A DNA stretch of 56,177 nucleotides, taken from an uncultured Anaerolineaceae bacterium (GTDB lineage: Bacteria; Chloroflexota; Anaerolineae; Anaerolineales; Anaerolineaceae). Where the stretch lies: NCBI GenBank assembly GCA_964496705.1, contig CAZCBJ010000002.1:1488-57664 (forward strand), written 5' to 3'. A program made the translations under genes and the position numbers. The notes under the pieces were generated by a model. The model saw nothing but the letters and a program-made list of their open reading frames with translations. It was not told the DNA's origin and made no database searches. Below are positions 27,015 through 35,928 of this stretch, piece by piece; position 1 is the first letter of the stretch, and every line of letters starts with the position of its first letter.

Positions 27015-27908
27015 TTATTTCTTTTCGGCCTGTATGACCACCCAGCGACCGGGTTCGATGTAATCACCTTCGATGCCATTCAATTGGCGCACCAGTTTAT
27101 CATCCATGAGGTGCACCTGGGCGAAGGTGTAGAGGCTGACCCGTTCGCTGACGTATATCGGCTTTAATGGGCCGACCCCGCCCATCACCGATTGCCCGGG
27201 CATGATGATCACCAGCTCTCCCAACAACAGACCGCGCGTATCCGGGATCTGGTTGACTGCGCGAATGAGACCCTCGGTGGTGCGGTAGCGCGTGGTGAGC
27301 AAGATCAAATTGTCGCCAGGCACTACTTTGTGGATGACCACAGTGTAATCCTGGCTGCCGAAGGGCGTTTCAAGCAGCGGTCCCTGGGTGGGAATGGAGG
27401 TCTTGGATGGTGTGAGCGTGGGGGTCACGTAGGTGGTGGTCGGTTGAGGGGAGACGCTCTTATCCAGCGTTGGGCTGGCAGAGGGCTGCAGGGAGGGTGT
27501 GGCCGTGTACAACGGCGGTCGGGGTGTGTTTGTGGCGGTTGGCTCAGCCGATTGGATCATCAATCCTGTGGGCCAACCTTTTCTCACCAGGCTGGCGGCG
27601 ATCAAGCCAATCACCAGAAGGGCGACCATCACCAGGGTCAAGCTCAACAACGGTTTGCGGTCGGGTACCCATTCTTCGGAGCGCAGGTCTTTGGGTATGG
27701 AGGAGGAGCGATGGCGGGTATAGATGGGGCAGCCGGTATGGTGCATGGTGGTGCAGTACGCTTCCGCATGCTCCCCCCGCACAATCCCCGGCGGATCTGC
27801 CCGGTGGCAGTAATTGGGCACGTCCGGGCTCATGGATTGCGTCAACGGATCGTCATACACCCCATAATAGGGGCAGATGGCGGGTGGGTTCTTGGGAATC
27901 TCGTCCAT
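27015..27908 (-). CDS. Single-pass membrane protein: cytoplasmic Cys/His-rich domain, TM, Ser/Thr/Pro linker, extracellular LysM domain
   Basis: N-terminus with CPYYG...YCHR...YCTTMHHTGCP. The TM segment is LLSLTLVMVALLVIGLIAASLV. The linker is PTATNTPRPP...SPQPTTTYVTPTLTPS. The LysM-like segment is YTVVIHKVVPGDNLILLTTRYRTTEGLIRAVNQI. Confidence 0.75.
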   Translation of the reverse strand: MDEIPKNPPAICPYYGVYDDPLTQSMSPDVPNYCHRADPPGIVRGEHAEAYCTTMHHTGCPIYTRHRSSSIPKDLRSEEWVPDRKPLLSLTLVMVALLVIGLIAASLVRKGWPTGLMIQSAEPTATNTPRPPLYTATPSLQPSASPTLDKSVSPQPTTTYVTPTLTPSKTSIPTQGPLLETPFGSQDYTVVIHKVVPGDNLILLTTRYRTTEGLIRAVNQIPDTRGLLLGELVIIMPGQSVMGGVGPLKPIYVSERVSLYTFAQVHLMDDKLVRQLNGIEGDYIEPGRWVVIQAEKK

Positions 27909-27931
27909 GGCAGGTCAAATCATTGAGGCTA

Positions 27932-29629
27932 TCAATCGGTAAAAATGTTTTGTTCTAGGTCTTTGTCTTTGGCTTCGTCTGGGTTGGCAGGTCGCTCAGT
28001 TTTATTGGGTTTGCGTTTTTTGTGCTTCCGCCCCGTAGGATCGTAATACTTCGAGTCATAATAATAATAATACGTGCGGTAATACCCGCCGCGCATGGAT
28101 TTTACGGTCATGTTGTTGTACACGATGCCCAGGATGGGCGCGTTGACCCGGCGCAGCGAATCGATGGTCATCTTGAGCGTCTGCAGTTTGGTTTTGCCCG
28201 GCACCACGACGATTAAAACCCCGTCCGTGTTGGGGGCCAGGGCGACTGCGTCAGTGACCGACAGCACCGGTGGCGTATCCAGAATGATGAGGTCGGCTTC
28301 AGTTTGCAGCTCAAGCAGCAGTGACTGCATGCGCATCGAGCCGAGCAACTCAGCAGGATTGGGCGGAATCTGCCCGGAGGTGACGATGGATAAACCGTTC
28401 ACCTTACTGGGTTGGGCCACACTGTGGTTGTCGTTCTCAGGACGCAGGAAGACGGAGGTGAGTCCGGCCTGGTTTTGCAGACCGAAGACTTTATGCACCG
28501 ATGGACGGCGCAGGTCGGCATCCACCAGGGTCACCTGGGCGCCGCCCTGTGCCAGCACAATCGCCAGATTTGAGGCGATGGTGGTCTTGCCCTCGCCGGG
28601 CATGGGGCTGGTGACCAGAATTTTTTGCAGCGGCGCGCTGACGCTGGCAAAACGCACATTGGTGCGCAAACCGCGAAACCCTTCAGAGACTGGCGAACGC
28701 GGGTGCGCCTGCGTTATGGGGGTATCGGTTTTTTCGAAATGAGACACAATCCCCAACACCGGCACGCCAAACTTGCGGCCAGTTTCCTCGGCGTCCTTGA
28801 CGGTATCATCGAGCATCTCGATCAGAAACACCGTGCCGAAGGACAGCATGATCCCCACCAGGGCGGCCAGCAGCGTGTTTTGCATCACTTTGGGTGCAAT
28901 TGGACTGGTGGGCACGGTCGCCATTTCAAGCTGGGTCAGGCTGGTGGTGGACTGAGACTCGGTCAGTTTGACATCTTCCAGGCTGGTCAGCAACGAGGTA
29001 TAGATATACTGATACTGGGTCAGGCGGGTCATCAACGCGGTCTTTTCGTCCGGGTCGGTGGAGGTCATCACCTGATCGAATGTTTCGGTGATCTGGGCAT
29101 CCACCGAGTCAATCTGGCGCTGCAGGTTTTGCTTGGACAGCGCATAGCGTTCGGCCTGCTGCTGCATGATGCGGTTGGAAAACACCACCACCAGCGTGTT
29201 GGCCACATCGGCGCACAGCTTGGGGTCATTGCCTGTCACAGTGACGGTGATGAGAGGGGTATCGGTTTTCTGGGTGATGGTGATCATCCCGCGCAGCTCG
29301 CCGGGGGAGTTTTCCAGTTGGAGCTGCTGGACAACCGCTTCGAGAACAGGCATGTCGGTCATAATCAGCGTGTAAGTTTTTGCCATGGTCTGGCTGGTGA
29401 TCATGGAGGTGTAATCGGTCGATTGGCTGATGGGCGCCTGATTGACCATGACGCGTGTGGAGGATTCATACACCTTGGGCAGTTGGATGCTGTAGTAGTA
29501 AGTCGCCGCCGCTGCCACAACCGCCGCGAGGATGATCAGCCACAGCCAGTGCCAGACCAACTGTAACAGATGGCGAATGTTGATCCCCTCCTCTTCAGGT
29601 TGTTGTTCGACCCATTGATCCATGAACAC
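27932..29629 (-). CDS. Polysaccharide co-polymerase / BY-kinase (Wzz domain fused to CpsD/CapB-type tyrosine autokinase)
   Basis: N-terminal Wzz-type TM plus coiled region and a second TM. Walker A SPMPGEGKTT, Walker A' VTLVDADLRRP, Walker B LIILDTPP. C-terminal Tyr cluster YYRTYYYYYDSKYYD. Confidence 0.9.
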   Translation of the reverse strand: MFMDQWVEQQPEEEGINIRHLLQLVWHWLWLIILAAVVAAAATYYYSIQLPKVYESSTRVMVNQAPISQSTDYTSMITSQTMAKTYTLIMTDMPVLEAVVQQLQLENSPGELRGMITITQKTDTPLITVTVTGNDPKLCADVANTLVVVFSNRIMQQQAERYALSKQNLQRQIDSVDAQITETFDQVMTSTDPDEKTALMTRLTQYQYIYTSLLTSLEDVKLTESQSTTSLTQLEMATVPTSPIAPKVMQNTLLAALVGIMLSFGTVFLIEMLDDTVKDAEETGRKFGVPVLGIVSHFEKTDTPITQAHPRSPVSEGFRGLRTNVRFASVSAPLQKILVTSPMPGEGKTTIASNLAIVLAQGGAQVTLVDADLRRPSVHKVFGLQNQAGLTSVFLRPENDNHSVAQPSKVNGLSIVTSGQIPPNPAELLGSMRMQSLLLELQTEADLIILDTPPVLSVTDAVALAPNTDGVLIVVVPGKTKLQTLKMTIDSLRRVNAPILGIVYNNMTVKSMRGGYYRTYYYYYDSKYYDPTGRKHKKRKPNKTERPANPDEAKDKDLEQNIFTD

Positions 29630-29692
29630 TCCTCCTGACCCGCTGCACGCAAAAAATTATTATATCAGAAAAAATTTTGAGCAGACAGCCGC

Positions 29693-30232
29693 TCACCGCG
29701 GGCGCCGGGGCACGGTCTTGCGTATCTGGCCGGCGTTCAGCTCGATTGGAAGCTTCTGGTGGCTGAGCATTTCCAGCAGCACACGAACGCGCTGGGTGCC
29801 GCTCAGATTCAAATCGAAAATGGCGCGATATCCCCGCAAAGGGCCTTCGATGATCTCTACTTCCTCGCCAGGCTTGTATTCACCGCGCTCCATCGCGTTT
29901 GGATCGCTATGGATGACTTCCAGCTTGCGGCGCAGCTCAAAGATCAGCGCGTCCGGCACCACCGCCGCTTCGCGACCAAAACAGACCAGACGGGAAACAT
30001 AGGGCATGTATTGCAGGGATGGCAGCGTGCCGTCCTGCAGGTCAACATGTACAAACAGATAACCGGGAAAAAAGGGGCGGATTTTTCGCGAACGGGGATT
30101 GACCGGGCAGACGCGCAGGCGCGGATAAAACACTTCTATATCCTTCAGGATGAGCTGGTTGTGCAGCGCTTCTTCTTTATGCGGTTTGCTTTGCAGAACA
30201 TACCAAAGTTTCGGCATTTTGTCCCCGGGCAA
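29693..30232 (-). CDS. Specialised NusG paralog (RfaH/LoaP/UpxY-like transcription antiterminator)
   Basis: NGN domain WYVLQSKPHKEEALHNQL...VFYPRL...FFPGYLFVHVD and KOW motif GEEVEIIEGPLRGYRAIF. 179 aa. The start may instead be the second Met (30217). Confidence 0.85.
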   Translation of the reverse strand: MPGDKMPKLWYVLQSKPHKEEALHNQLILKDIEVFYPRLRVCPVNPRSRKIRPFFPGYLFVHVDLQDGTLPSLQYMPYVSRLVCFGREAAVVPDALIFELRRKLEVIHSDPNAMERGEYKPGEEVEIIEGPLRGYRAIFDLNLSGTQRVRVLLEMLSHQKLPIELNAGQIRKTVPRRPR

Positions 30233-30273
30233 CTATTTTATCACAAAACCTGTTCCAGGCTGGATTGGGCAGG

Positions 30274-30282
30274 TGGTATAAT
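30274..30282 (+). promoter_or_regulatory. Extended -10 element TGgTATAAT, candidate promoter of the plus-strand glycan operon
   Basis: TGG+TATAAT at 30274-30282 in the 198-bp divergent gap. Only a weak -35 (TTCCAG) is present. It would give a ~140-nt leader containing the hairpin GGAGCGcgtcCGCTCC. Confidence 0.35.
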
Positions 30283-30430
30283 CGGTATAGCCACCGGGTG
30301 AAAACGAGAACCACAAAAATATTGTTGATGTATTTAATTCACGAGGCTTTTTAAGTTTTTTATTTCCCGGTGGAGCGCGTCCGCTCTCCGTTTTGTTGAA
30401 AGGGCGGAGCATGCAAAAAAGGATGAGGGT

Positions 30431-31381
30431 ATGGCAAATTTTGCATTGATTGGCGCAGCCGGGTATATTGCCCCAAGACATTTACGCGCCATCCGTGACA
30501 CCGGGAATCGGTTGGTGGCTGCCGTGGATCCACATGATGCGGTGGGCGTGATGGATCAGTACGCCTTTGATATACGCTTCTTCACCGAAATTGAGCGTTT
30601 TGACCGCCATTTGGAAAAGCTGCGCCGCGGAGCGCTGGAAAATCGGGTGCAGTGGGTTTCGATCTGCTCGCCCAATTACTTGCATGACGCCCATTGCCGG
30701 CTGGCAATGCGCGTGGGCTCGGACGTGATCTGTGAGAAACCATTGGTGATCAACCCGTGGAATCTGGATCAGTTGGCGGAGATTGAAGCTGAAAGTGGAC
30801 GCCGTGTGTTCACTGTACTTCAATTGCGCGTCCACCCTGAGCTGGTGCGGCTCAAGGAACAATTGGCTGCGGGGGCAGGCGGGCAGCGGGATGTTGTTCT
30901 GACCTATGCCACCTCGCGCGGGCAGTGGTACCATCATTCCTGGAAAGGGGTGGCGGAGAAGTCCGGCGGGATTGCCACCAACATTGGCATCCACTTTTTT
31001 GACCTGTTGATGTGGCTGTTCGGGGATGCCGGGGAGGTGCGCGTTTTCCACGACGATGCCCAACGAATGGCAGGATTCATTGAGTTGGAACGCGCCCGGG
31101 TGCGTTGGTTTCTGTCGGTGAATCCGGCTGACCTGCCCTTTACAGCGGAGCCGGGAAAGCGCAGCACATACCGCTCGATCAGCGTGGATGGGCAGGAGAT
31201 AGAATTTTCCGAGGGTTTCAACGACCTGCATACCCGCGTGTATGAGCGCACGCTGGCTGGGCAGGGGTTCACCATTGCCGATGCGCGACCCTCCATCACC
31301 CTCACTCACCGCATACGCCACACACCACTATCCCAGGCCGGGGAACTGGCGCATCCCTTCTTGAGAGCCAATCATGAGTGA
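30431..31381 (+). CDS. Gfo/Idh/MocA-family sugar-nucleotide 3-dehydrogenase (WbpB/WlbA-like)
   Basis: MANFALIGAAGYIAPRHLRAIRDTGNRLVAAVDPHD...ICSPNYLH...EKP pattern of WbpB-type UDP-GlcNAc(A) 3-oxidases. Confidence 0.75.
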   Translation: MANFALIGAAGYIAPRHLRAIRDTGNRLVAAVDPHDAVGVMDQYAFDIRFFTEIERFDRHLEKLRRGALENRVQWVSICSPNYLHDAHCRLAMRVGSDVICEKPLVINPWNLDQLAEIEAESGRRVFTVLQLRVHPELVRLKEQLAAGAGGQRDVVLTYATSRGQWYHHSWKGVAEKSGGIATNIGIHFFDLLMWLFGDAGEVRVFHDDAQRMAGFIELERARVRWFLSVNPADLPFTAEPGKRSTYRSISVDGQEIEFSEGFNDLHTRVYERTLAGQGFTIADARPSITLTHRIRHTPLSQAGELAHPFLRANHE

Positions 31382-31973
31382 AGATGTATTCGTTCACCCT
31401 TCCAGTTATGTGGATGACGGCGCCCTCATTGGCACTGGCACCAAGATCTGGCATTTCTGCCACGTGATGAGTGGGGCGCGCATTGGGCGAGGCTGCTCGC
31501 TCGGGCAGAATGTGCTGGTGGCCAGCGGGGTGGAGATTGGTGACAACGTCAAGATTCAGAACAATGTCTCGCTGTACACCGGTGTGGTGGTGGAGGATGA
31601 TGCCTTTCTGGGACCGTCCATGGTCTTCACCAACGTGATCAATCCGCGCAGCCACGTGACCCGCAAACACGAATATAAAATCACCCGCGTTTGCCGGGGC
31701 GCGTCGGTGGGCGCCAATGCCACCATTGTGTGCGGGGTGACCCTGGGCAAATATTCATTCGTGGGAGCGGGTTCGGTGGTCACCCGGGATGTGCCCGATT
31801 TTGGATTGGTGTACGGCAACCCCGCCCGCCTGCGCGGATGGATGTGCCAGTGTGGTATTCAGCTCGTTTTCTCGCCGTTGGGTGCGGCCGAAACAGCCGT
31901 CTGCGCGGCTTGCGGCGACCGTTATGAGAAACGGGGCAACCTGGTGGCGCCTTTGGGGAAGGAGTCGCCATGA
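31374..31973 (+). CDS. Left-handed beta-helix (hexapeptide) N-acetyltransferase (WbpD/WlbB-like)
   Basis: Repeated hexapeptide pattern (IGTGTKIWHFCHV, IGRGCSLGQNVLV, IGDNVKIQNNVSL). 8-nt overlap with the upstream gene. Confidence 0.8.
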   Translation: MSEDVFVHPSSYVDDGALIGTGTKIWHFCHVMSGARIGRGCSLGQNVLVASGVEIGDNVKIQNNVSLYTGVVVEDDAFLGPSMVFTNVINPRSHVTRKHEYKITRVCRGASVGANATIVCGVTLGKYSFVGAGSVVTRDVPDFGLVYGNPARLRGWMCQCGIQLVFSPLGAAETAVCAACGDRYEKRGNLVAPLGKESP

Positions 31974-33058
31974 TCCCCATGTTGGATCTGGTGGCGCAAT
32001 ATCGCGCGATTCAATCCGAAATTGAGGCTGCGATGCTGGGCGTGCTGGAGAGCGGGCATTTCATCCTCGGCCCGAATGTCAGCGCCTTCGAACAAGAAAT
32101 GGCCGCATACCTGGGTGTTAAACACGCAGTGGGCCTGGCTTCGGGCACCGACGCGCTCATCATTGCGCTGCGCGCGGCGGGGATCGGGGCGGGAGACGAA
32201 GTCATTGTCCCGGCTTATTCATTCTTTGCCACAGCGGGCTGTGTGATGACGGTCGGGGCTACCCCGGTGTTCGTGGACATTGAACCTCACACCTACAGCC
32301 TGGATGCAGATCAGATGGAATCGCGCCTGACGCCGCGCACCCGCGCCATTCTCCCGGTGCATCTCTATGGTCAGCCGGTGGATATGAACGGTGTGTTGTC
32401 GCTGGCCCGCGACCGGGGACTGCTGGTGATCGAAGACAATGCGCAGGCGATCGGCGCTGAATTCCAGGGACGCAAAACCGGCGGATTGGGCGACATTGGC
32501 TGTCTGAGCTTTTACCCGACCAAGAACCTGGGGGCATACGGCGATGCCGGGATGCTGGTGACTAATGATGACCGGCTGGCCGAGTCCGCGCGCATGTTGC
32601 ACACCCACGGCTGGAAGAAGAAATACTTCCCCGAGATGTTGGGGTACAACTCACGGCTGGATGAAATTCAAGCGGCTGTCTTAAGGGTCAAATTGAAGTA
32701 CCTCGACGACTGGAATGCCGGGCGGCGGGAACTGGCGCACGAGTACAGCCGACTTCTGGCTGATGGTCCGGTCAGAGTGCCTTATGAACGACCCGGGGCC
32801 ACCCACGTGTATCACCTGTACATCATCCGCAGCGGGCAGCGCGAAGTATTGCGTGAACGACTCAAAGCGGCTGGGATTGCCAGCGATGTGTATTATCCCC
32901 AGCCCATGCACCTGGCAGTTCCCTGCCGTGCGCTGGGCTGCAAACCGGGTGATTTCCCGGCTGCAGAGCAGGCCTCGCGCGAAACGCTTGCCTTGCCGCT
33001 TTACCCGGAAATGACCTTTGAGCAGGCGGCTGAAGTGGCGCGAATCGTGCAAGGATGA
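31970..33058 (+). CDS. DegT/DnrJ/EryC1/StrS PLP-dependent sugar aminotransferase (WbpE/WlbC-like)
   Basis: MIPMLDLVAQYRAIQSEIEAAM...GPNVSAFEQEMAAYLG...SFYPTKNLGAYGDAGM (catalytic Lys motif). ATGA coupling to the upstream gene. Confidence 0.85.
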   Translation: MIPMLDLVAQYRAIQSEIEAAMLGVLESGHFILGPNVSAFEQEMAAYLGVKHAVGLASGTDALIIALRAAGIGAGDEVIVPAYSFFATAGCVMTVGATPVFVDIEPHTYSLDADQMESRLTPRTRAILPVHLYGQPVDMNGVLSLARDRGLLVIEDNAQAIGAEFQGRKTGGLGDIGCLSFYPTKNLGAYGDAGMLVTNDDRLAESARMLHTHGWKKKYFPEMLGYNSRLDEIQAAVLRVKLKYLDDWNAGRRELAHEYSRLLADGPVRVPYERPGATHVYHLYIIRSGQREVLRERLKAAGIASDVYYPQPMHLAVPCRALGCKPGDFPAAEQASRETLALPLYPEMTFEQAAEVARIVQG

Positions 33059-33171
33059 TGGAGGCGCCTTGGTGATGAACCCTGACCAATGTTGTTTCCA
33101 TCGAGAGAAAGGTTTTTGGTTATTATCCGCAATGGGGTGGTCTGATCCATCGTTCACCCAAGGGGGCCTTA

Positions 33172-34860
33172 ATGAAAGAACCTCTGGAAATTGAAATGCC
33201 GAATTCTTCCACATCAACTCTGCCTTCAAGTCGTCCAAATTTCGAGCGCAGGATGAGCGCCATCCTCAAGCGGCTCTTTGACATCGTGGTTTCATTTTTA
33301 GGCTTGGTGGTGCTCTCGCTGTTTTTAGGTGCCATCGCCTTTGCCATCTGGCGGACGGATCGCAAGCGTGTTCTTTTCTGGGGCAAGCGCGCCGGGCGCA
33401 ACGGAAAAGAGTTTCTCATTGCCAAGTTCCGCACCATGTATGAGAATGAGGCCAGTTATCAGGGAGCAAAAATCACCGCCCAGGATGACCCGCGCATCAC
33501 CCCACTGGGACGCTGGCTGAGGGATACCAAGATCAATGAGCTTCCCCAGTTATGGAATGTGCTGCGCGGCGACATGAGTCTGGTGGGGCCGCGCCCTGAG
33601 GATGTGGACATCGCCGCAGGATGGCCGGAGGATGTGCGCCGTGAGATTCTGTCGGTGCGCCCGGGCATCACCAGCCCGGCGTCGATCCTCTACCGGGATG
33701 AGGAAAAACGGCTGCACAATCAGGGGGTGATGGACGAATATGTCAATGAAATCCTGCCGTCCAAGCTGCGTTTGGACCAGATTTATGTGCGCAGCCGCAC
33801 CTTCCTGGGCGACCTGGATATCATCTTTCTGACCTTCATCGCCCTGATTCCGCGCCTGGGGGAAGTGACGGTCTCGGAAAGCATGCTGTTCTGGGGTCCC
33901 TTTTCGCGCCTCACCTCGCGCCATTTGTACTGGCTGCTGCTGGATGTGCCGATTGCTTTTGTCTCCATCGCGCTGGCTGGCGGCATCTGGCGCCTGGGCG
34001 CGCCATTGGATCTCGGTTTGGGTCAGGCGGTTATGGTCGCTTTTTTTGCGGCATTGTTTTTCAGCGCCATCAACGGCCTGCTGGGTATCAATCGGATTGA
34101 ATGGTCGCGCGCCCAGGCATCGGATGTTTTTGGGCTGGCGCTCTCAGATGGCCTGGCCACTTTTATTTTATATCTGATCGACCTGATTAATCCGGTACGG
34201 CAGCACCTGCCGCTGAGCCTGTGGTCGCTGTTTGGTGTATTCACTTTGCTGGGATTCACGGCAGCCCGCTACCGCTTGCGCCTGGTCACCGGTTTGGCCA
34301 CTCGCTGGCTGCGCTACCGCGGAGGTGCAACCAGCCTGGGTGAGCGCGTGCTGATCGTGGGCGCGGGCGACATGGGCGCTGTCTCAGCCAAGCTGTTGAT
34401 GCAAATTAAATTCCTGCCGGTGTTCTCCATCGTGGGGATGGTGGATGATGATCTACGTAAAAGTGGGATGCGCATGGAGGGCTGTCAGGTGCTGGGCACC
34501 ACCCAGGATATCCCCCGTCTGGTGGATGAAAAAGATATTGGTGTGATCCTGTTTTCCATTACCCGCATCCAGCCCGAAAAACGTAAACAGGTGCTGGCGT
34601 TGTGCCGCCAGACCCCGGCGCGGGTGGTGATGATCCCTGACTTGTTGGATGTTGTCTCCGGGTATTTACGCGCTTCGATCACAGTTGAGGGTGATCATGT
34701 CCACACCAACGGATGGGATGGCTGCATCCCCAAGCAGGTGGTTCTGGATTGGTTGGTGGAGATTGAGGCGTTGACCGAGGCGGACCCCAATCGGGCGGTG
34801 GACCGCATCCGACAATTGGTCAGCCTGGTCCAGAACCCGAAAAGAAAGGAGCAAGTATGA
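33172..34860 (+). CDS. Monotopic phosphoglycosyl transferase (PglC/WbaP-catalytic-type) fused C-terminally to a 4-TM plus Rossmann-like module
   Basis: aa ~30-230: LKRLFDIVVSFLGLVVL...KFRTM...DPRITPLGRWLRDTKINELPQLWNVLRGDMSLVGPRP. aa ~250-400: TM helices. Then ERVLIVGAGDMGAVSAKLL...IVGMVDDD...VLG, the module normally found N-terminal in WbaP/PglF(CapD). Confidence 0.85.
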   Translation: MKEPLEIEMPNSSTSTLPSSRPNFERRMSAILKRLFDIVVSFLGLVVLSLFLGAIAFAIWRTDRKRVLFWGKRAGRNGKEFLIAKFRTMYENEASYQGAKITAQDDPRITPLGRWLRDTKINELPQLWNVLRGDMSLVGPRPEDVDIAAGWPEDVRREILSVRPGITSPASILYRDEEKRLHNQGVMDEYVNEILPSKLRLDQIYVRSRTFLGDLDIIFLTFIALIPRLGEVTVSESMLFWGPFSRLTSRHLYWLLLDVPIAFVSIALAGGIWRLGAPLDLGLGQAVMVAFFAALFFSAINGLLGINRIEWSRAQASDVFGLALSDGLATFILYLIDLINPVRQHLPLSLWSLFGVFTLLGFTAARYRLRLVTGLATRWLRYRGGATSLGERVLIVGAGDMGAVSAKLLMQIKFLPVFSIVGMVDDDLRKSGMRMEGCQVLGTTQDIPRLVDEKDIGVILFSITRIQPEKRKQVLALCRQTPARVVMIPDLLDVVSGYLRASITVEGDHVHTNGWDGCIPKQVVLDWLVEIEALTEADPNRAVDRIRQLVSLVQNPKRKEQV

Positions 34861-35855
34861 AAGCAGATTACTGGCGGGGCCGGCAGGTTCTGGTCACCGG
34901 CGCGGGCGGGTTCATCGGCAGTCACCTCGTGGAGCAGCTGGCCCTGACTGGTGCTGAGGTGCGTGCCTTTGTGCGTTACAATTCGCGCGGCGATCCGGGA
35001 TTGCTGCGCATGCTGCCACCGGCTTTGTTCAAGCAGGTGCACGTCATTGCGGGCGACCTGCGCGATCCGTCGGCGATGCTGAATGCCACCCGCGGAATTA
35101 ACCATGTCTTCCACCTCGGCGCGTTGATTGCCATCCCCTATTCTTACCATCATCCGGTGGAGGTGATTGAGACCAATATCATCGGCACGCTCAACGTGTT
35201 AAACGCAGCCCGCGAGCAGGGCGTTGAGCGTGTGGTGCACACTTCCACCAGTGAAGTGTACGGCACTGCACAGCGTGTGCCGATGGATGAAGCCCACCCG
35301 CTGCAAGGTCAATCGCCTTATTCAGCCAGCAAGATCGGCGCGGATAAAATTGCCGAAAGTTATTTTCGATCGTTCGATTTGCCGGTGGTCACACTGCGCC
35401 CGTTCAACACCTACGGCCCGCGCCAATCCGCGCGGGCGGTCATCCCCACCATCATCACGCAGGCATTGACCGGCGAGGTGGTAAAGTTGGGCAACCTGGA
35501 AGCCCGCCGCGACCTGACCTATGTAGCCGATACGGTGAACGGCTTTTTGTGCGTCGCTGAAGCAGAGCATGTGGAAGGCGACACCTTTAATCTGGGCACC
35601 GGTCAGGAGGTCAGCGTGGGGGAGTTGGTCGAGGTGATTTTCTCGCTGCTGGGGAAAACTCCCGCGGTGGAGGTGGAACGCGAGCGGCTGCGCCCTGAGA
35701 AAAGCGAGGTGCAGCGTTTGCTGTCCGACAACTCGTCCGCCCGCCAACGGCTGGGTTGGCAGCCAGAGATGCCGCTGCGTGAGGGATTGCGCCGCACGAT
35801 TGATTGGATCGCTGCCCACCTGTCCATGTATCAGACCGACCATTATCAGCTGTGA
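34857..35855 (+). CDS. NDP-sugar 4,6-dehydratase, LegB-like extended SDR
   Basis: VLVTGAGGFIGSHLVEQL, FVRYNSRGDPG, HLGALIAIPYSY, TSTSEVYGTA, PMDEAHPLQGQSPYSASKIGADK and RPFNTYGPRQSARAVIP closely resemble what I recall of Campylobacter LegB. Confidence 0.75.
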   Translation: MKADYWRGRQVLVTGAGGFIGSHLVEQLALTGAEVRAFVRYNSRGDPGLLRMLPPALFKQVHVIAGDLRDPSAMLNATRGINHVFHLGALIAIPYSYHHPVEVIETNIIGTLNVLNAAREQGVERVVHTSTSEVYGTAQRVPMDEAHPLQGQSPYSASKIGADKIAESYFRSFDLPVVTLRPFNTYGPRQSARAVIPTIITQALTGEVVKLGNLEARRDLTYVADTVNGFLCVAEAEHVEGDTFNLGTGQEVSVGELVEVIFSLLGKTPAVEVERERLRPEKSEVQRLLSDNSSARQRLGWQPEMPLREGLRRTIDWIAAHLSMYQTDHYQL

Positions 35856-35928
35856 TCCAAGGCGAGTTGCCGTTCAGGTGTAAAATTAAACTGGTAGACA
35901 GCATGATTGTGCATATAAGGAGGAGCAA

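Noticed and set aside
30233-30430. ops/JUMPStart-type element (GGCGGTAGCGTG-like) for the NusG paralog in the divergent leader
   Set aside because: Only a weak resemblance (GGTATAGCCACCGGGTG) was seen, which is not enough to call. It is left as something to test by comparative alignment.
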